A stretch of DNA of 64,000 bases from a virus, in IMG/VR virus record IMGVR_UViG_3300034121_000940, positions 1 through 64,000 of that record; one strand, 5' to 3'. Every line of letters starts with the position of its first letter. Position 1 is the first letter of the stretch. A program made the position numbers and the translations under genes. The notes below the pieces were generated by a model. It did no database searches. It was not told the DNA's origin and saw nothing but the letters and a program-made list of their open reading frames with translations. Positions 1 to 10,138 of this stretch are shown here, piece by piece.

Positions 1-2806
1 CTTCAGGAAGCATGCTATCTAGATAGTTTACTATCTTTAATGATTCAGCTGAATCAAAAGGTTCATATTTAGCAGCAACATCCCTTACAGCAGTAATAGC
101 TTTAGCTCTGTTTAATTGTGTAAACATCATGTTATCTGTAGAAGCCTTCATGTTTTGCAACAATTCAGGTTTTTCAGATACTACATATAGTTTATCAAAT
201 AATTCTTTTATTGAAGCAATGTCTCTTGGTCTTGTAGCTAAGTCTTGTTTATTTACTTTACCAAAGATGTTATTTAGGAAGCTGTAAATTCTTCTAAATA
301 CTTGACCCAAAAATCCTTTAGGAGCTTGTTTTTTACCTTTGCTTCTAGCATAATCTCTAAAATCCTCAGCAATATCTTCCTCTATTTCAAAATAAGATTT
401 ATTGGCCCACTTTGCTTGGCCCTTTAATTCTTCATATAACTTAATCTTTTCAGCTTTTGTTAAGAACAATTGAGAGAATCCATGCCATGCCTCATGATAT
501 AAATCCACAGCAGTACCACCATCAGCTTCATAAAGAATAATACCTGTGCCTGTAAATGTTGCAAATGCATCTGAGTTTACTACTTCAGTGATTCTTTTAA
601 GACTAATTAAATCTTTTGTACTTCCAGGTGAACGCTTTTCTTTTTCTTTATTTTCTTCACTGTATTTATTTAATGGAGAGTTAGCCCACCAAGTTTCTGC
701 TGCTACTTTGTCAGCTTCAGTAGTAAATACTTTATCTAAAAAGCTATCTAATGCTTTGCTTCTGTTGATTTCAAAACCATCTACATCATCAGTTGTAATA
801 ATATTTGTTTTATTTTTTACACTAATAATGTTTGCTAAGTCAGTATCAAATATTTCCTCAATAGTTTCAACAGTTTCTTCTGCTTTTGTTGTTCTTTTTT
901 TCTGAACAGCTTTAGATTTTTGTTCTACAACTTTTTCTGCAGTTTCATTCTTTTTAGCTTGAGTCTGTTTCTTAACTGGACGCGCTGTTTGAGAATCTGT
1001 TGCAACTGGAAAAAAATTAGAGTTATCTTCTGTAAACTGATCAGGAACAGCATATGATAAATATGGATTAAAACCTGCAATAGTTTGTGCAGATTCAGCT
1101 TCATATTGTAGTGTAGCAAATGGAAATACTACATCTTCAATATAGTTTTTTTCAATAGGAGTAATTTTATTACCTGATATTTCATAATCAGTGTAAGTTT
1201 TATCAACACCCATATACTTTGGAGTAAGATTTACATTGGCTCCAATAGAACCTTTATCACCAAACTTAATTGCTTGTGGTAAGTGTTGAGCAATTTTATC
1301 TCTTACAGCAGTAGTAAAAATTTCATCTCCTTCAAACTTCTCATTATTGATAGTTAAAGTAAGAAGACCACCTTTAGCTTTTTTTAAAAAAATATTATTC
1401 TTACTTGTTTTATTATCATTATTTAAAAATACTTCAAAGTATTCTATTCTTTTATCATCAGATAATGGCACACCTTTATTGGTTGCTGTACTTGTAATAA
1501 CATCAGCTACTTTATCAGCAAGTGCTTGATTAAAATTACCTCTTTGAATATTTACAGGTAATGCAATATCACCAAACATTTCTGTATTTTTGTTAACATA
1601 AAACTGAAAAAACCCATTGTTTTTACCAGGAGTTGTTACAAGTTCTACATTTGCAATTTCAGATAAAGTTAACTTGTTACCTTTATTTAATTGGTCATTA
1701 ATTTTTTTTGCTGTTTTATAACTAACAATTCCAAAACTACCACTAGTAATTTCAGTAACATATGAAGCATTATTATCTATAACATCTTTACGCATATTAT
1801 AAACACCATTCATTGTTTTTGTTTGTTCTTTTAAAACAGAACCTATAGATTTTTTAAGTCTTGCAGCAATTTTATCCGCAGCAACCAATGTATTCTTATA
1901 CATCTTACCTGCTTTATGATAAATGGTAAAAAAAGCAGGTGTGTTTTTGTTAAGCTTATCTTCTAATAAATATGGTTTTCTTATATACTGATAAACAACA
2001 ATACCATTATCTTCATTAGTTATGTTACCATTGTTATCAAAGTATAAGTAATTACCATCAGCATCACTAATAACAGCAAAAACACCTTTGTAAGATTTTG
2101 AAGTTTCAGATTTGTCTTTACTTAACTTATGCTTATCTTCAAAATTCTCTGCAGACATTATTTTTAAAAAAACCTCTGTGTTATCAATCATTGGATTGAT
2201 TTGCTCAGCAGGCTTTTCTTTTACATTTTTTACTATGTTTTTGATTACCTTTTCAAAAACTTTTTTTTCATCAGATGTTATATCATCTTCTTCTTGTGTT
2301 TTAGGATCAGTAGGATTCTTTGGATCCGCAAACTGGAATGTGGTAACATTAGGATATTCAATTTTTGCTTTATCTCTTGCTTGTTCTAATGCAGAATCTT
2401 CTGGGTCTGTAATTTCCAAGTTATCTAACTGAAAATTTTGATGTTCTAGTTCACTCTCTAATTCTTTCTTAGACTTCTTTCTTACAGGTTTAGTAACAAA
2501 TTTTTTTACATCATCAAGACTTTTAAAACTACTTCTTGTTTTAGAAAGTTTTTTAAAATCAAAATCAGAGTCTAATAATTTATCATTAATGTCATCTCTG
2601 TTACTTTTACATACATCAACAATAGTAGGTATAATTTGAGCATACTGCAATGCTTTTTCTTCACCAGCTACTTTTTCAAGTCTGTTGTAAATGTCTTTTA
2701 TAAACCCCTCAAGATCAAAACTTTCCGATGGTTTAAGACCGGAAAGTTTCTTGTAAGTTATCTTATATAAATCTGAAATCTGAGTTTCATTAAGTGAACA
2801 AATCAT
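1..2806 (-). CDS. Large virion cargo/polyvalent protein with zincin (HEXXH) metallopeptidase domain; 3' end runs out of the window; possibly the virion RNA polymerase-type giant protein
   Basis: Not in the ORF track because its stop is outside the window. ATG at 2806, 1 nt after the upstream stop; begins MICSLNETQISDLYKITY. In frame near 500-280 it reads DLYHEAWHGFSQLFL...EIEEDIAEDF...GQVFRRIYSFL, an MPTase/zincin pattern. Confidence 0.8.
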   Translation of the reverse strand, partial: MICSLNETQISDLYKITYKKLSGLKPSESFDLEGFIKDIYNRLEKVAGEEKALQYAQIIPTIVDVCKSNRDDINDKLLDSDFDFKKLSKTRSSFKSLDDVKKFVTKPVRKKSKKELESELEHQNFQLDNLEITDPEDSALEQARDKAKIEYPNVTTFQFADPKNPTDPKTQEEDDITSDEKKVFEKVIKNIVKNVKEKPAEQINPMIDNTEVFLKIMSAENFEDKHKLSKDKSETSKSYKGVFAVISDADGNYLYFDNNGNITNEDNGIVVYQYIRKPYLLEDKLNKNTPAFFTIYHKAGKMYKNTLVAADKIAARLKKSIGSVLKEQTKTMNGVYNMRKDVIDNNASYVTEITSGSFGIVSYKTAKKINDQLNKGNKLTLSEIANVELVTTPGKNNGFFQFYVNKNTEMFGDIALPVNIQRGNFNQALADKVADVITSTATNKGVPLSDDKRIEYFEVFLNNDNKTSKNNIFLKKAKGGLLTLTINNEKFEGDEIFTTAVRDKIAQHLPQAIKFGDKGSIGANVNLTPKYMGVDKTYTDYEISGNKITPIEKNYIEDVVFPFATLQYEAESAQTIAGFNPYLSYAVPDQFTEDNSNFFPVATDSQTARPVKKQTQAKKNETAEKVVEQKSKAVQKKRTTKAEETVETIEEIFDTDLANIISVKNKTNIITTDDVDGFEINRSKALDSFLDKVFTTEADKVAAETWWANSPLNKYSEENKEKEKRSPGSTKDLISLKRITEVVNSDAFATFTGTGIILYEADGGTAVDLYHEAWHGFSQLFLTKAEKIKLYEELKGQAKWANKSYFEIEEDIAEDFRDYARSKGKKQAPKGFLGQVFRRIYSFLNNIFGKVNKQDLATRPRDIASIKELFDKLYVVSEKPELLQNMKASTDNMMFTQLNRAKAITAVRDVAAKYEPFDSAESLKIVNYLDSMLPE

Positions 2807-2807
2807 A

Positions 2808-5800
2808 TTAACAAGTTTTTGAATTATCTTCTAAGTTTTTAAATAGATCATCTTCAGATGTATCATCTGCTTCTTTTTCATTTCTGTTTAAGAATTCTTT
2901 ATTGCTAAGATTTTCTGTAGCATCAGTTTTAGTTTGTTCTGAAGCATCAACAGTTTCTTGAGAAGGTTTTACAATTTCAGGCATTTCTGTTTCATTAGTA
3001 GGTTTAACAAAATTATTTACAAGCATTTCCTCAGTTACTTCTTGAGTAACTTCTCCATACTTTAATATAACAGAATTTTTGTTAACTTCCACTACTTGTA
3101 CAGGAGAATCTTGATTTGTAAAGTTACCAATATCTTGTAAAATATCTCCTACTTTTAATGAATCAATACTGACTTTTTCTCTTAATTCAAAAGCTCTATT
3201 GTTAAATGCTGTTTCAATTTCAGCTGCATACAAGTTATTAGAGTTTTTATTTCTTAATAACTCATTCTTTTTAATCTTTAAAGCTTGTATGTCTGTAATT
3301 TCAGCAAAAGCTTCTACAGCTTTATTAGTAACAAACTCATCAGAAACTAATGCTTCAAGTTCTTCAGCAGATGATCTAACTATTTTTGTGAGTTCTGCAT
3401 TTGAAATTTCTTGCGTTTGTCCTGTGCTTGTTTCTCCAGGAATAGTCTCTGTTTGTCCTCCGGTAGGGCTTTGAATCTCAGATACACTAGTGCTGGATTG
3501 TATTTCTTCTTCTGACTCTGGTCCGAAGATTTTGTTAAGTTCTTGTTCATATAGTTGTTCTTTAGCAATTCTATTTTTAGCAGTTAAGTTAATTAAATTT
3601 AATTGATTGGTTAATTCATTTAATGCATTAATTTGTCTGTCAACAGCATCAAATCCTAAAACATTATTTTCTAGCATTAACATATTTTGATATTCTAACA
3701 GAGCATTTATTTTTTCACTAATCCAATTTTTAATTTTGGCAAGCTCTTTACCTTTCCCTTTAAACTCAGATATACCTTTTGCAAATAATACATTTAGCTC
3801 TTCAGGAAAGTTTTTATCAATTATACTATCAATTTCTTTTTCTACTGTAGGAGAAGCATCTGATAAAGCAGCAATTTGCTTCAATTCTTTTTCAGTATCA
3901 AGACCTGTTTTAGTTGTTTTACCTTTTTGGAACTGGTTTGGTAATCTGTTTAATGCAAATATTACATCATTTGTATTACCACCTAACACAAATACTTTAT
4001 CATCAGTAGACAATCTAGATAACTCATCTTGAAATTCTTTTATCTTATCTTGAGCTTTTCCTATTCTTCTGATAAATGCTGCTTGAGAAAGTGAATTAAT
4101 TTTTTGTTTGATGCTTTTTATCTTTTTACTTGTATAAGTAAAGGCAGTATCACTACTTCTTTTTTGTTTTTCTAAGTTAACAAGTTCTTGACTAAGAGTT
4201 TTGATTTCTGCTTCAGCAGATTTCATTTTTTGTCTTTCAGAATTTATTTTATTTGTGAAAGCAATAATTAATTTATCAAGCTCTTCTCTTCTCTTATCAT
4301 TCTTATAATAAACAAGTTGAGTTATCTCACCTAAAGTATTCCTTCCTACATTATATCTTACACCATTTACAATAGCAACATCTTCATTATTATTTTCAAA
4401 CTTAGCATCTATAACTGTTCCATTAATAATAGAAATTTGACCAATGTTTTCAATTGGTGTTATTAATGCTAAACCTGCACTAGTTAATTCAACATTGCCA
4501 TCACTTATGTTTTTATTTTGTGAAAGAATTGGATATGTTTCTTTACCTTTTTGAGTCTTTTGTAAATCCTCAATTTGTTTTTCAATTTCTTTAGCTCTTT
4601 CAGGATTTCCAAATTCCCCTTTTTCAAATTCCAAGTCAATTTCTAATGTAGATAATACATCATTAGAAAGTGATTGCTCCAAACTTAAATCAACTTCAAC
4701 TCCATATGACCCATCTTCTTGTAAAACTAAAGTACCAAGCTTACCATTATAAACCACTTGTTTACCTAGATTATCTTTAAGTAATATTTTAGATGTATCA
4801 GAAGCAGTTATTTGTGAACTTTTTTCAACTTTTGGAGTTTCTTCAACAGGAGTTTCTGTAGCTACTAAAACTTCAGGTGTAGACAAAGTTATACCTTCAT
4901 TTTCTACATCAGGTAAATATTCAAGCTCTAGTGTATTAAATAACTTAGCAGTATTTGGTACTAATGGTTCTAATGGTGTGCTTTTAGTTTTTTCTCCTCC
5001 AACAGTTACATCAGTAACATAGGCAGTAGCACTTTTTAAACTAATTCTCATTGGAAACAATGCAATCTTTGGAGTAACTCCTGTCATATTATGATACAAG
5101 TTTCTATAAATAGAAAGCTGAGCTCTATATGCAATATTTTTCCAACTAGTTGGTTTATTAAAACCATTCCAAGATGTAGATGTTTTTATATCTACAATCA
5201 TTATTTCACCTTTACCATTAATTAAAACCATGTCTGTTTCACCAGAAACACCATTCTCTAATAAGTTTTTATCAAACAATTTTACATTGTTTGTTAATGG
5301 TACATAGTTTTGTTCTTTCAAGCTAGTTCTAAATCTTGTAACCACACCTGTAACACCAAACATCTGATTGAATGCATTCTCACTCATTGTATCAGAAATC
5401 TTAACATCTTTACCGTCAACTTCAATAGTATCAGAATAATTAAAAGAAATCCAGTCACCAGTAACAGCATCAATAGTAAAGAACTTTCTTACAGCAGCAT
5501 CTAAGTTAGTACCAGCTTGAGCATTGTTTGAGAATGCTTCTTTACCTATAAGCTTTCTTAAATTTTCTTCTGTTGTATTTTTCTCTAATGATTCTCTAAT
5601 CCTAGCTTTTTTCTCAGGAGTGTTTAATTGTTTATTACTATTTCTAGCAAGTTCAGTAAAAACAGCCCAAGCTTTATTAAAAGCTTCAGGATCACCTTTT
5701 TTAACTGCTGTATTGTATTCAGAAAAGAATGCATTAACTATTTGGTCTACATATTTTTCTGAATAACCTGGTTTTTCTTCATCAGATAATTTAGAAGCTA

Positions 5801-8800
5801 TTCCATCAGAAATAGTTGTTACTCTTGTAGTAAGTTTAGTATCTGGATCACCAGCAAATTTTCTACCAATCTTATTACCATCTTCATCAAATACATCTTC
5901 TAATTCATCTTGTCTAGCCTGAACATTCTTTTTAAAGTTTGAGAATACTTCTTCTACTACATTTACAGGTTTTGAAATTCCTTGTTTGTACTTTAGGAAT
6001 GTTTTTAATTTATCAACATCTTCCCCTATTTCTTTAAGGTCTTGCTCTGTAAGTTTTACTTCTTTATCAACTATACCATTCTTATAAACAGTATAGATTT
6101 TAGTTTTAAGTGCATTTTCAAATTTATCAATAACTATATTTAATGTACTTATAGGAATTGAAGGGTCAATTTTTAAATTTTTACCAATTCTAGAAGTTAA
6201 TACAGGAGGTTCTGTTAAAGCTTTTGCTCTAGCTGCACCTTCTTCTTTAACTTTTTTATTGTATTCATTTAATAATTTATTTCCATCAGAACTTTCTAAC
6301 CAGTTTTGTCTTTGATCAGAATACTTAACTGGCTCTGTCTCTTGAAAAGCTACAGGATCAGTTTCATTTTCTAATAAGAATGCATTAAAGCTTTCATTAA
6401 CTAAGTTTTGTAAGTCTTGTGGATAGTTATCATAACCCATTTGAGTAGTAAAAGCATCAGGTAAAGCACCTTGTATATCTTTAAACTCTTCTTCTAATTC
6501 TGCTTCAAACTTGTCATATCTTTTATTTATAGATTCAATTCTTTCTTGATTAACTTTATATGACTTTGTATTTTCTACATCAATTATATCTACTGGGTTT
6601 TGTTTTAGTATGTTATTCTGTTCTTCAATTTTTTGAGCTAATAACAAAGGAGCTTTTTCAGTTAAAACATATATAACATCTGATGCTTTAAACAATGTAG
6701 CATCATCCGCTTTTTTAAACGGACGGTCCATAATTGCATCCAATACATCTTGAACTATCTCTTCATCAGTTAATACTAATTCTTCAGAAGTTAATAGTTC
6801 ATCAGCAAGTTTTACAATCTCATTTGCATCTACCGGATCTTTACCAACAGCTTCTAATAAACTTTGAAGTTTATTAATTTTTTCAGTAGCAACTTTTTTA
6901 TCTTCTTCTAATTGATTGTTTTTATCATAAGCTTCTTGATTTTTGGCATATGCATTTTGTAAGTCTATACCTGTTTCATCTTTAAAAGCTTGTTCAAAAT
7001 CCTCATTTGATTTATTTAATTCATTGTTTTTCTCTCCTCTTAGTTCATCCAACCTGTCTTCATATTTTTTTTGATCTGTTGCAGGATTACCAGCTGCTTT
7101 CTTTTTTATTAATTCAGCAGCTCTTTGGAATAAATATGCATAGTCTTCATATAATACACTATCTTGATTTATTATCATTTCTTTAGTAGTATCAATAAAG
7201 TATGATGGTATGTATTCAGGATTGTTAGACCATTCAGCAAATTCATCTAAGTCAACAAAAATACCTTTTGATGCCAAAGTGTTTAGCACTTCATTTTTTT
7301 CTACATCAGATATTTCTTTATTTACAATTTCTTTATAATATTCTTTTCTGTTATTATAAAGATTTTTCATCCAAGCAAAGTTATTATTTAAATGATCATA
7401 AAAACCTTGAGGATCAGCTAGCATGTTTATGTACTTTGCAATAGAAGAATTCTCATGTCTTAATAAATGAATATCAAACATAGAATTAAAAAGACTATCC
7501 ATACCTCCATTATTGTCAATCTCAGCTCTTAATTTTGCTTTAATTTGATCAATATCTTCAAATGCACCATCTTGTTTATTGTTTATTGCAATTGCTTCAA
7601 TAAGTTTTTCAAAACTGTTTTTGTAATCAAATAGTCTTGGATCAGCATCTTTTTCTGAATCACCTAGATTATTTAAAATTTCAAGAATTGTATTTCTACC
7701 AGTAATATTTTCTTGTGAAGTATGAAAAGTATTTAATGCATTAAGCAAAGTTCTTTTTCTTACTATTTCTTCACGCAACTTTGGATCATTAAGAGAAGCC
7801 AATGAATCTATTTCTTCTTCTAAATAACTTATTTGTGCACTTAATTTATTAGCATCAGATAGAATACTAAAGTTAGTAAAAGGACTACTTGTTAATGATT
7901 TAATTTTATTAGCTGTTCCATATAACTTTTCTAATCTATTTATACCATTGTCAAAGGTGTCCTGTAGGAAAACAAAGCTATTAATAGATTCTAAGTATGC
8001 TTGGTTATAGATATCTGCCACTCTATATTCTGGTGACCCTTCTTTATAGTTATTTAAATCAATAAAGCTTTTGAACTTATCTCTTGCATAATTAAATCTT
8101 GCTTCAGTTACTTTAGCTGAGTTAATTGCTTTATCAATATTTTGTAAAGCTTTTTGACCTTGACCAGGTTCTAATGACCATGCTTCTTCTAATTCTTCAG
8201 GAGTTAATGATTTGTATTCCCCAAGATTTTTAATAAACATATCAAAAGTTCCTGTTCTTAAAGCTGTAAGCACAGAACTTTGAAATCCTTGAAACTCTAA
8301 ATCTTTAGCTTCTTTTGTAGTTAACCCTTCAGGATTATCTACTGCTTTAGCTACTAACATTTGTGTAGCATAATTACTCATTCTTGGATCAAAGAAATGC
8401 TTAGCATTTTTGTGCATATTGTTTAATGAATTAACAATATTGTCAGCTTGTGCTTCTTTTTCTTTTACATACTGATCATATACAGCTTTATCCTTAAATA
8501 GTCTACTAAAGTTCTTAGTACCAAACTTAAACATTTTACTAGGTCCTTCTAATAAACTTCCCATCAAGAATCCTGATCCAAATACTTCTGCTCCTTGAGC
8601 ATTCATTTGTTTACCAAAACCGTCAAGTAATGCTCCAAAACCATACATAAATCCTTTTGCTGCAGGATTATTATATGTATCAGTATAATATTTTTCAGTA
8701 GCTGATGATAATGCTTCTTGTGATATCTCTTGTATACCTTCAACAATATTTTTCTTAAAGTAGTTATAGCTTAGTGACCCTAATTTTTTTGGATCTTTTA

Positions 8801-10136
8801 ATCCTTTAAGAGAATTTTTTAAAGATATTGCTTCTTTAGAATAATATGACTTAGCAACATCATCTGCTGGGTTAAATACAATTTGAAATTCTTTTCCAAC
8901 TTCACCAACAACTTTTCCAAAATTAAATCTTGGGACACCTTTTAAAAAACCAGCTCTTGTGATAGAAGGAAAAGCAATTTTGTTTGAATAAAATACTAAA
9001 CCTGAGTTCCACATAGTATTAGCAAAGCCCGCTTTCTTAGCTTGCATCATCATCTTTTTTTGTTCTTCTGCTGATGGAGCTTGACCAAATTTAGAATAAT
9101 GGTCATTGTAAAGTTTATTATAAATATTTTGTTCAGAAAAACCACCTTCTAGTCTACCTTCAGATAAAGCCATGTTGATACCCATGATATCATGCCAAAA
9201 TGCACCAGCTGTTCTTGCTGTCTTAGCTAATCTACCTATGTCATCAACTTGGTTTAATGTTTTTAATGCATCATATGTGTTTTCTAATGGATTTATAAAC
9301 TTAGCTGTTCCCTTTGCTGCAGATACAAAAAAGTTCTTAGCATTATTTATATTTTTTAATTCACTTATAGCTGTATTAATCTTACCAATATTTTTAACTG
9401 ATTGATAAAGTGCACTAGGAATTTTACCAAATGCTTTAATACCTTCTACAGCACCACCAATAATAGAACCAGGAGCAGCACCAGCACCACCACCACCTAC
9501 TGCACCAACAGCAGCTCCAATCATCATACCTTCTGCTACACCTTCTAGTAATATACCTGCAGAATAAGAAACTGAGTTAAATAAGTTTGTTGTAAATCCA
9601 CCTAAACCACCTTTACTAGAGTAACCTAATGCATTATAATATTCATAATCTTTTGCTTCTTGTGTACTAGCACCAAGATTACCAGAACCTAATGCACTAG
9701 CATAAGAGTTTATAGGAGACATAAAACCAAGACCAACCATTGGTAGAGCTGCATTTACAGCCCATCTTTTCATATCATCAAAAGTATTTGTCTGTTGATT
9801 ATATACAGCCTCATTATCTATATGTGGATCAAAACCTATTTTATTATAAGTATCTTGACCATAAGCTTTGTATCTTGCTTTAAAAGTAGGACCGGATGGA
9901 CTATTATCATAAGCATACACACTACCATATTCATTCTTATCATGGAAAGCTGCATCACTTGCTGTAATTGAATTAGAAAGAGCTTCAATACGGCTTCTAC
10001 CACTACTAGTATTTTTAGCTGGTGTATTAGGGGTTATACCAGACATTGTTTGTCTAGTGTCAATAATTTTATTTGTATTAGACAAAGTGTTGACATCTAA
10101 ATCAACCAGGTTTGGAACAATCTTATTACTTGCCAT
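2808..10136 (-). CDS. 2442-aa virion cargo/ejection protein with Gly/Ala-rich hydrophobic segments and an embedded PD-(D/E)xK (RecB/Cas4-like) nuclease domain
   Basis: Nuclease motifs GETDMVLINGKGEIMIVDIKTS and YRAQLSIY; hydrophobic GMMIGAAVGAVGGGGAGAAPGSIIGG; long coiled coils; lies after the tail muzzle gene. Confidence 0.7.
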   Translation of the reverse strand: MASNKIVPNLVDLDVNTLSNTNKIIDTRQTMSGITPNTPAKNTSSGRSRIEALSNSITASDAAFHDKNEYGSVYAYDNSPSGPTFKARYKAYGQDTYNKIGFDPHIDNEAVYNQQTNTFDDMKRWAVNAALPMVGLGFMSPINSYASALGSGNLGASTQEAKDYEYYNALGYSSKGGLGGFTTNLFNSVSYSAGILLEGVAEGMMIGAAVGAVGGGGAGAAPGSIIGGAVEGIKAFGKIPSALYQSVKNIGKINTAISELKNINNAKNFFVSAAKGTAKFINPLENTYDALKTLNQVDDIGRLAKTARTAGAFWHDIMGINMALSEGRLEGGFSEQNIYNKLYNDHYSKFGQAPSAEEQKKMMMQAKKAGFANTMWNSGLVFYSNKIAFPSITRAGFLKGVPRFNFGKVVGEVGKEFQIVFNPADDVAKSYYSKEAISLKNSLKGLKDPKKLGSLSYNYFKKNIVEGIQEISQEALSSATEKYYTDTYNNPAAKGFMYGFGALLDGFGKQMNAQGAEVFGSGFLMGSLLEGPSKMFKFGTKNFSRLFKDKAVYDQYVKEKEAQADNIVNSLNNMHKNAKHFFDPRMSNYATQMLVAKAVDNPEGLTTKEAKDLEFQGFQSSVLTALRTGTFDMFIKNLGEYKSLTPEELEEAWSLEPGQGQKALQNIDKAINSAKVTEARFNYARDKFKSFIDLNNYKEGSPEYRVADIYNQAYLESINSFVFLQDTFDNGINRLEKLYGTANKIKSLTSSPFTNFSILSDANKLSAQISYLEEEIDSLASLNDPKLREEIVRKRTLLNALNTFHTSQENITGRNTILEILNNLGDSEKDADPRLFDYKNSFEKLIEAIAINNKQDGAFEDIDQIKAKLRAEIDNNGGMDSLFNSMFDIHLLRHENSSIAKYINMLADPQGFYDHLNNNFAWMKNLYNNRKEYYKEIVNKEISDVEKNEVLNTLASKGIFVDLDEFAEWSNNPEYIPSYFIDTTKEMIINQDSVLYEDYAYLFQRAAELIKKKAAGNPATDQKKYEDRLDELRGEKNNELNKSNEDFEQAFKDETGIDLQNAYAKNQEAYDKNNQLEEDKKVATEKINKLQSLLEAVGKDPVDANEIVKLADELLTSEELVLTDEEIVQDVLDAIMDRPFKKADDATLFKASDVIYVLTEKAPLLLAQKIEEQNNILKQNPVDIIDVENTKSYKVNQERIESINKRYDKFEAELEEEFKDIQGALPDAFTTQMGYDNYPQDLQNLVNESFNAFLLENETDPVAFQETEPVKYSDQRQNWLESSDGNKLLNEYNKKVKEEGAARAKALTEPPVLTSRIGKNLKIDPSIPISTLNIVIDKFENALKTKIYTVYKNGIVDKEVKLTEQDLKEIGEDVDKLKTFLKYKQGISKPVNVVEEVFSNFKKNVQARQDELEDVFDEDGNKIGRKFAGDPDTKLTTRVTTISDGIASKLSDEEKPGYSEKYVDQIVNAFFSEYNTAVKKGDPEAFNKAWAVFTELARNSNKQLNTPEKKARIRESLEKNTTEENLRKLIGKEAFSNNAQAGTNLDAAVRKFFTIDAVTGDWISFNYSDTIEVDGKDVKISDTMSENAFNQMFGVTGVVTRFRTSLKEQNYVPLTNNVKLFDKNLLENGVSGETDMVLINGKGEIMIVDIKTSTSWNGFNKPTSWKNIAYRAQLSIYRNLYHNMTGVTPKIALFPMRISLKSATAYVTDVTVGGEKTKSTPLEPLVPNTAKLFNTLELEYLPDVENEGITLSTPEVLVATETPVEETPKVEKSSQITASDTSKILLKDNLGKQVVYNGKLGTLVLQEDGSYGVEVDLSLEQSLSNDVLSTLEIDLEFEKGEFGNPERAKEIEKQIEDLQKTQKGKETYPILSQNKNISDGNVELTSAGLALITPIENIGQISIINGTVIDAKFENNNEDVAIVNGVRYNVGRNTLGEITQLVYYKNDKRREELDKLIIAFTNKINSERQKMKSAEAEIKTLSQELVNLEKQKRSSDTAFTYTSKKIKSIKQKINSLSQAAFIRRIGKAQDKIKEFQDELSRLSTDDKVFVLGGNTNDVIFALNRLPNQFQKGKTTKTGLDTEKELKQIAALSDASPTVEKEIDSIIDKNFPEELNVLFAKGISEFKGKGKELAKIKNWISEKINALLEYQNMLMLENNVLGFDAVDRQINALNELTNQLNLINLTAKNRIAKEQLYEQELNKIFGPESEEEIQSSTSVSEIQSPTGGQTETIPGETSTGQTQEISNAELTKIVRSSAEELEALVSDEFVTNKAVEAFAEITDIQALKIKKNELLRNKNSNNLYAAEIETAFNNRAFELREKVSIDSLKVGDILQDIGNFTNQDSPVQVVEVNKNSVILKYGEVTQEVTEEMLVNNFVKPTNETEMPEIVKPSQETVDASEQTKTDATENLSNKEFLNRNEKEADDTSEDDLFKNLEDNSKTC

Positions 10137-10138
10137 TA

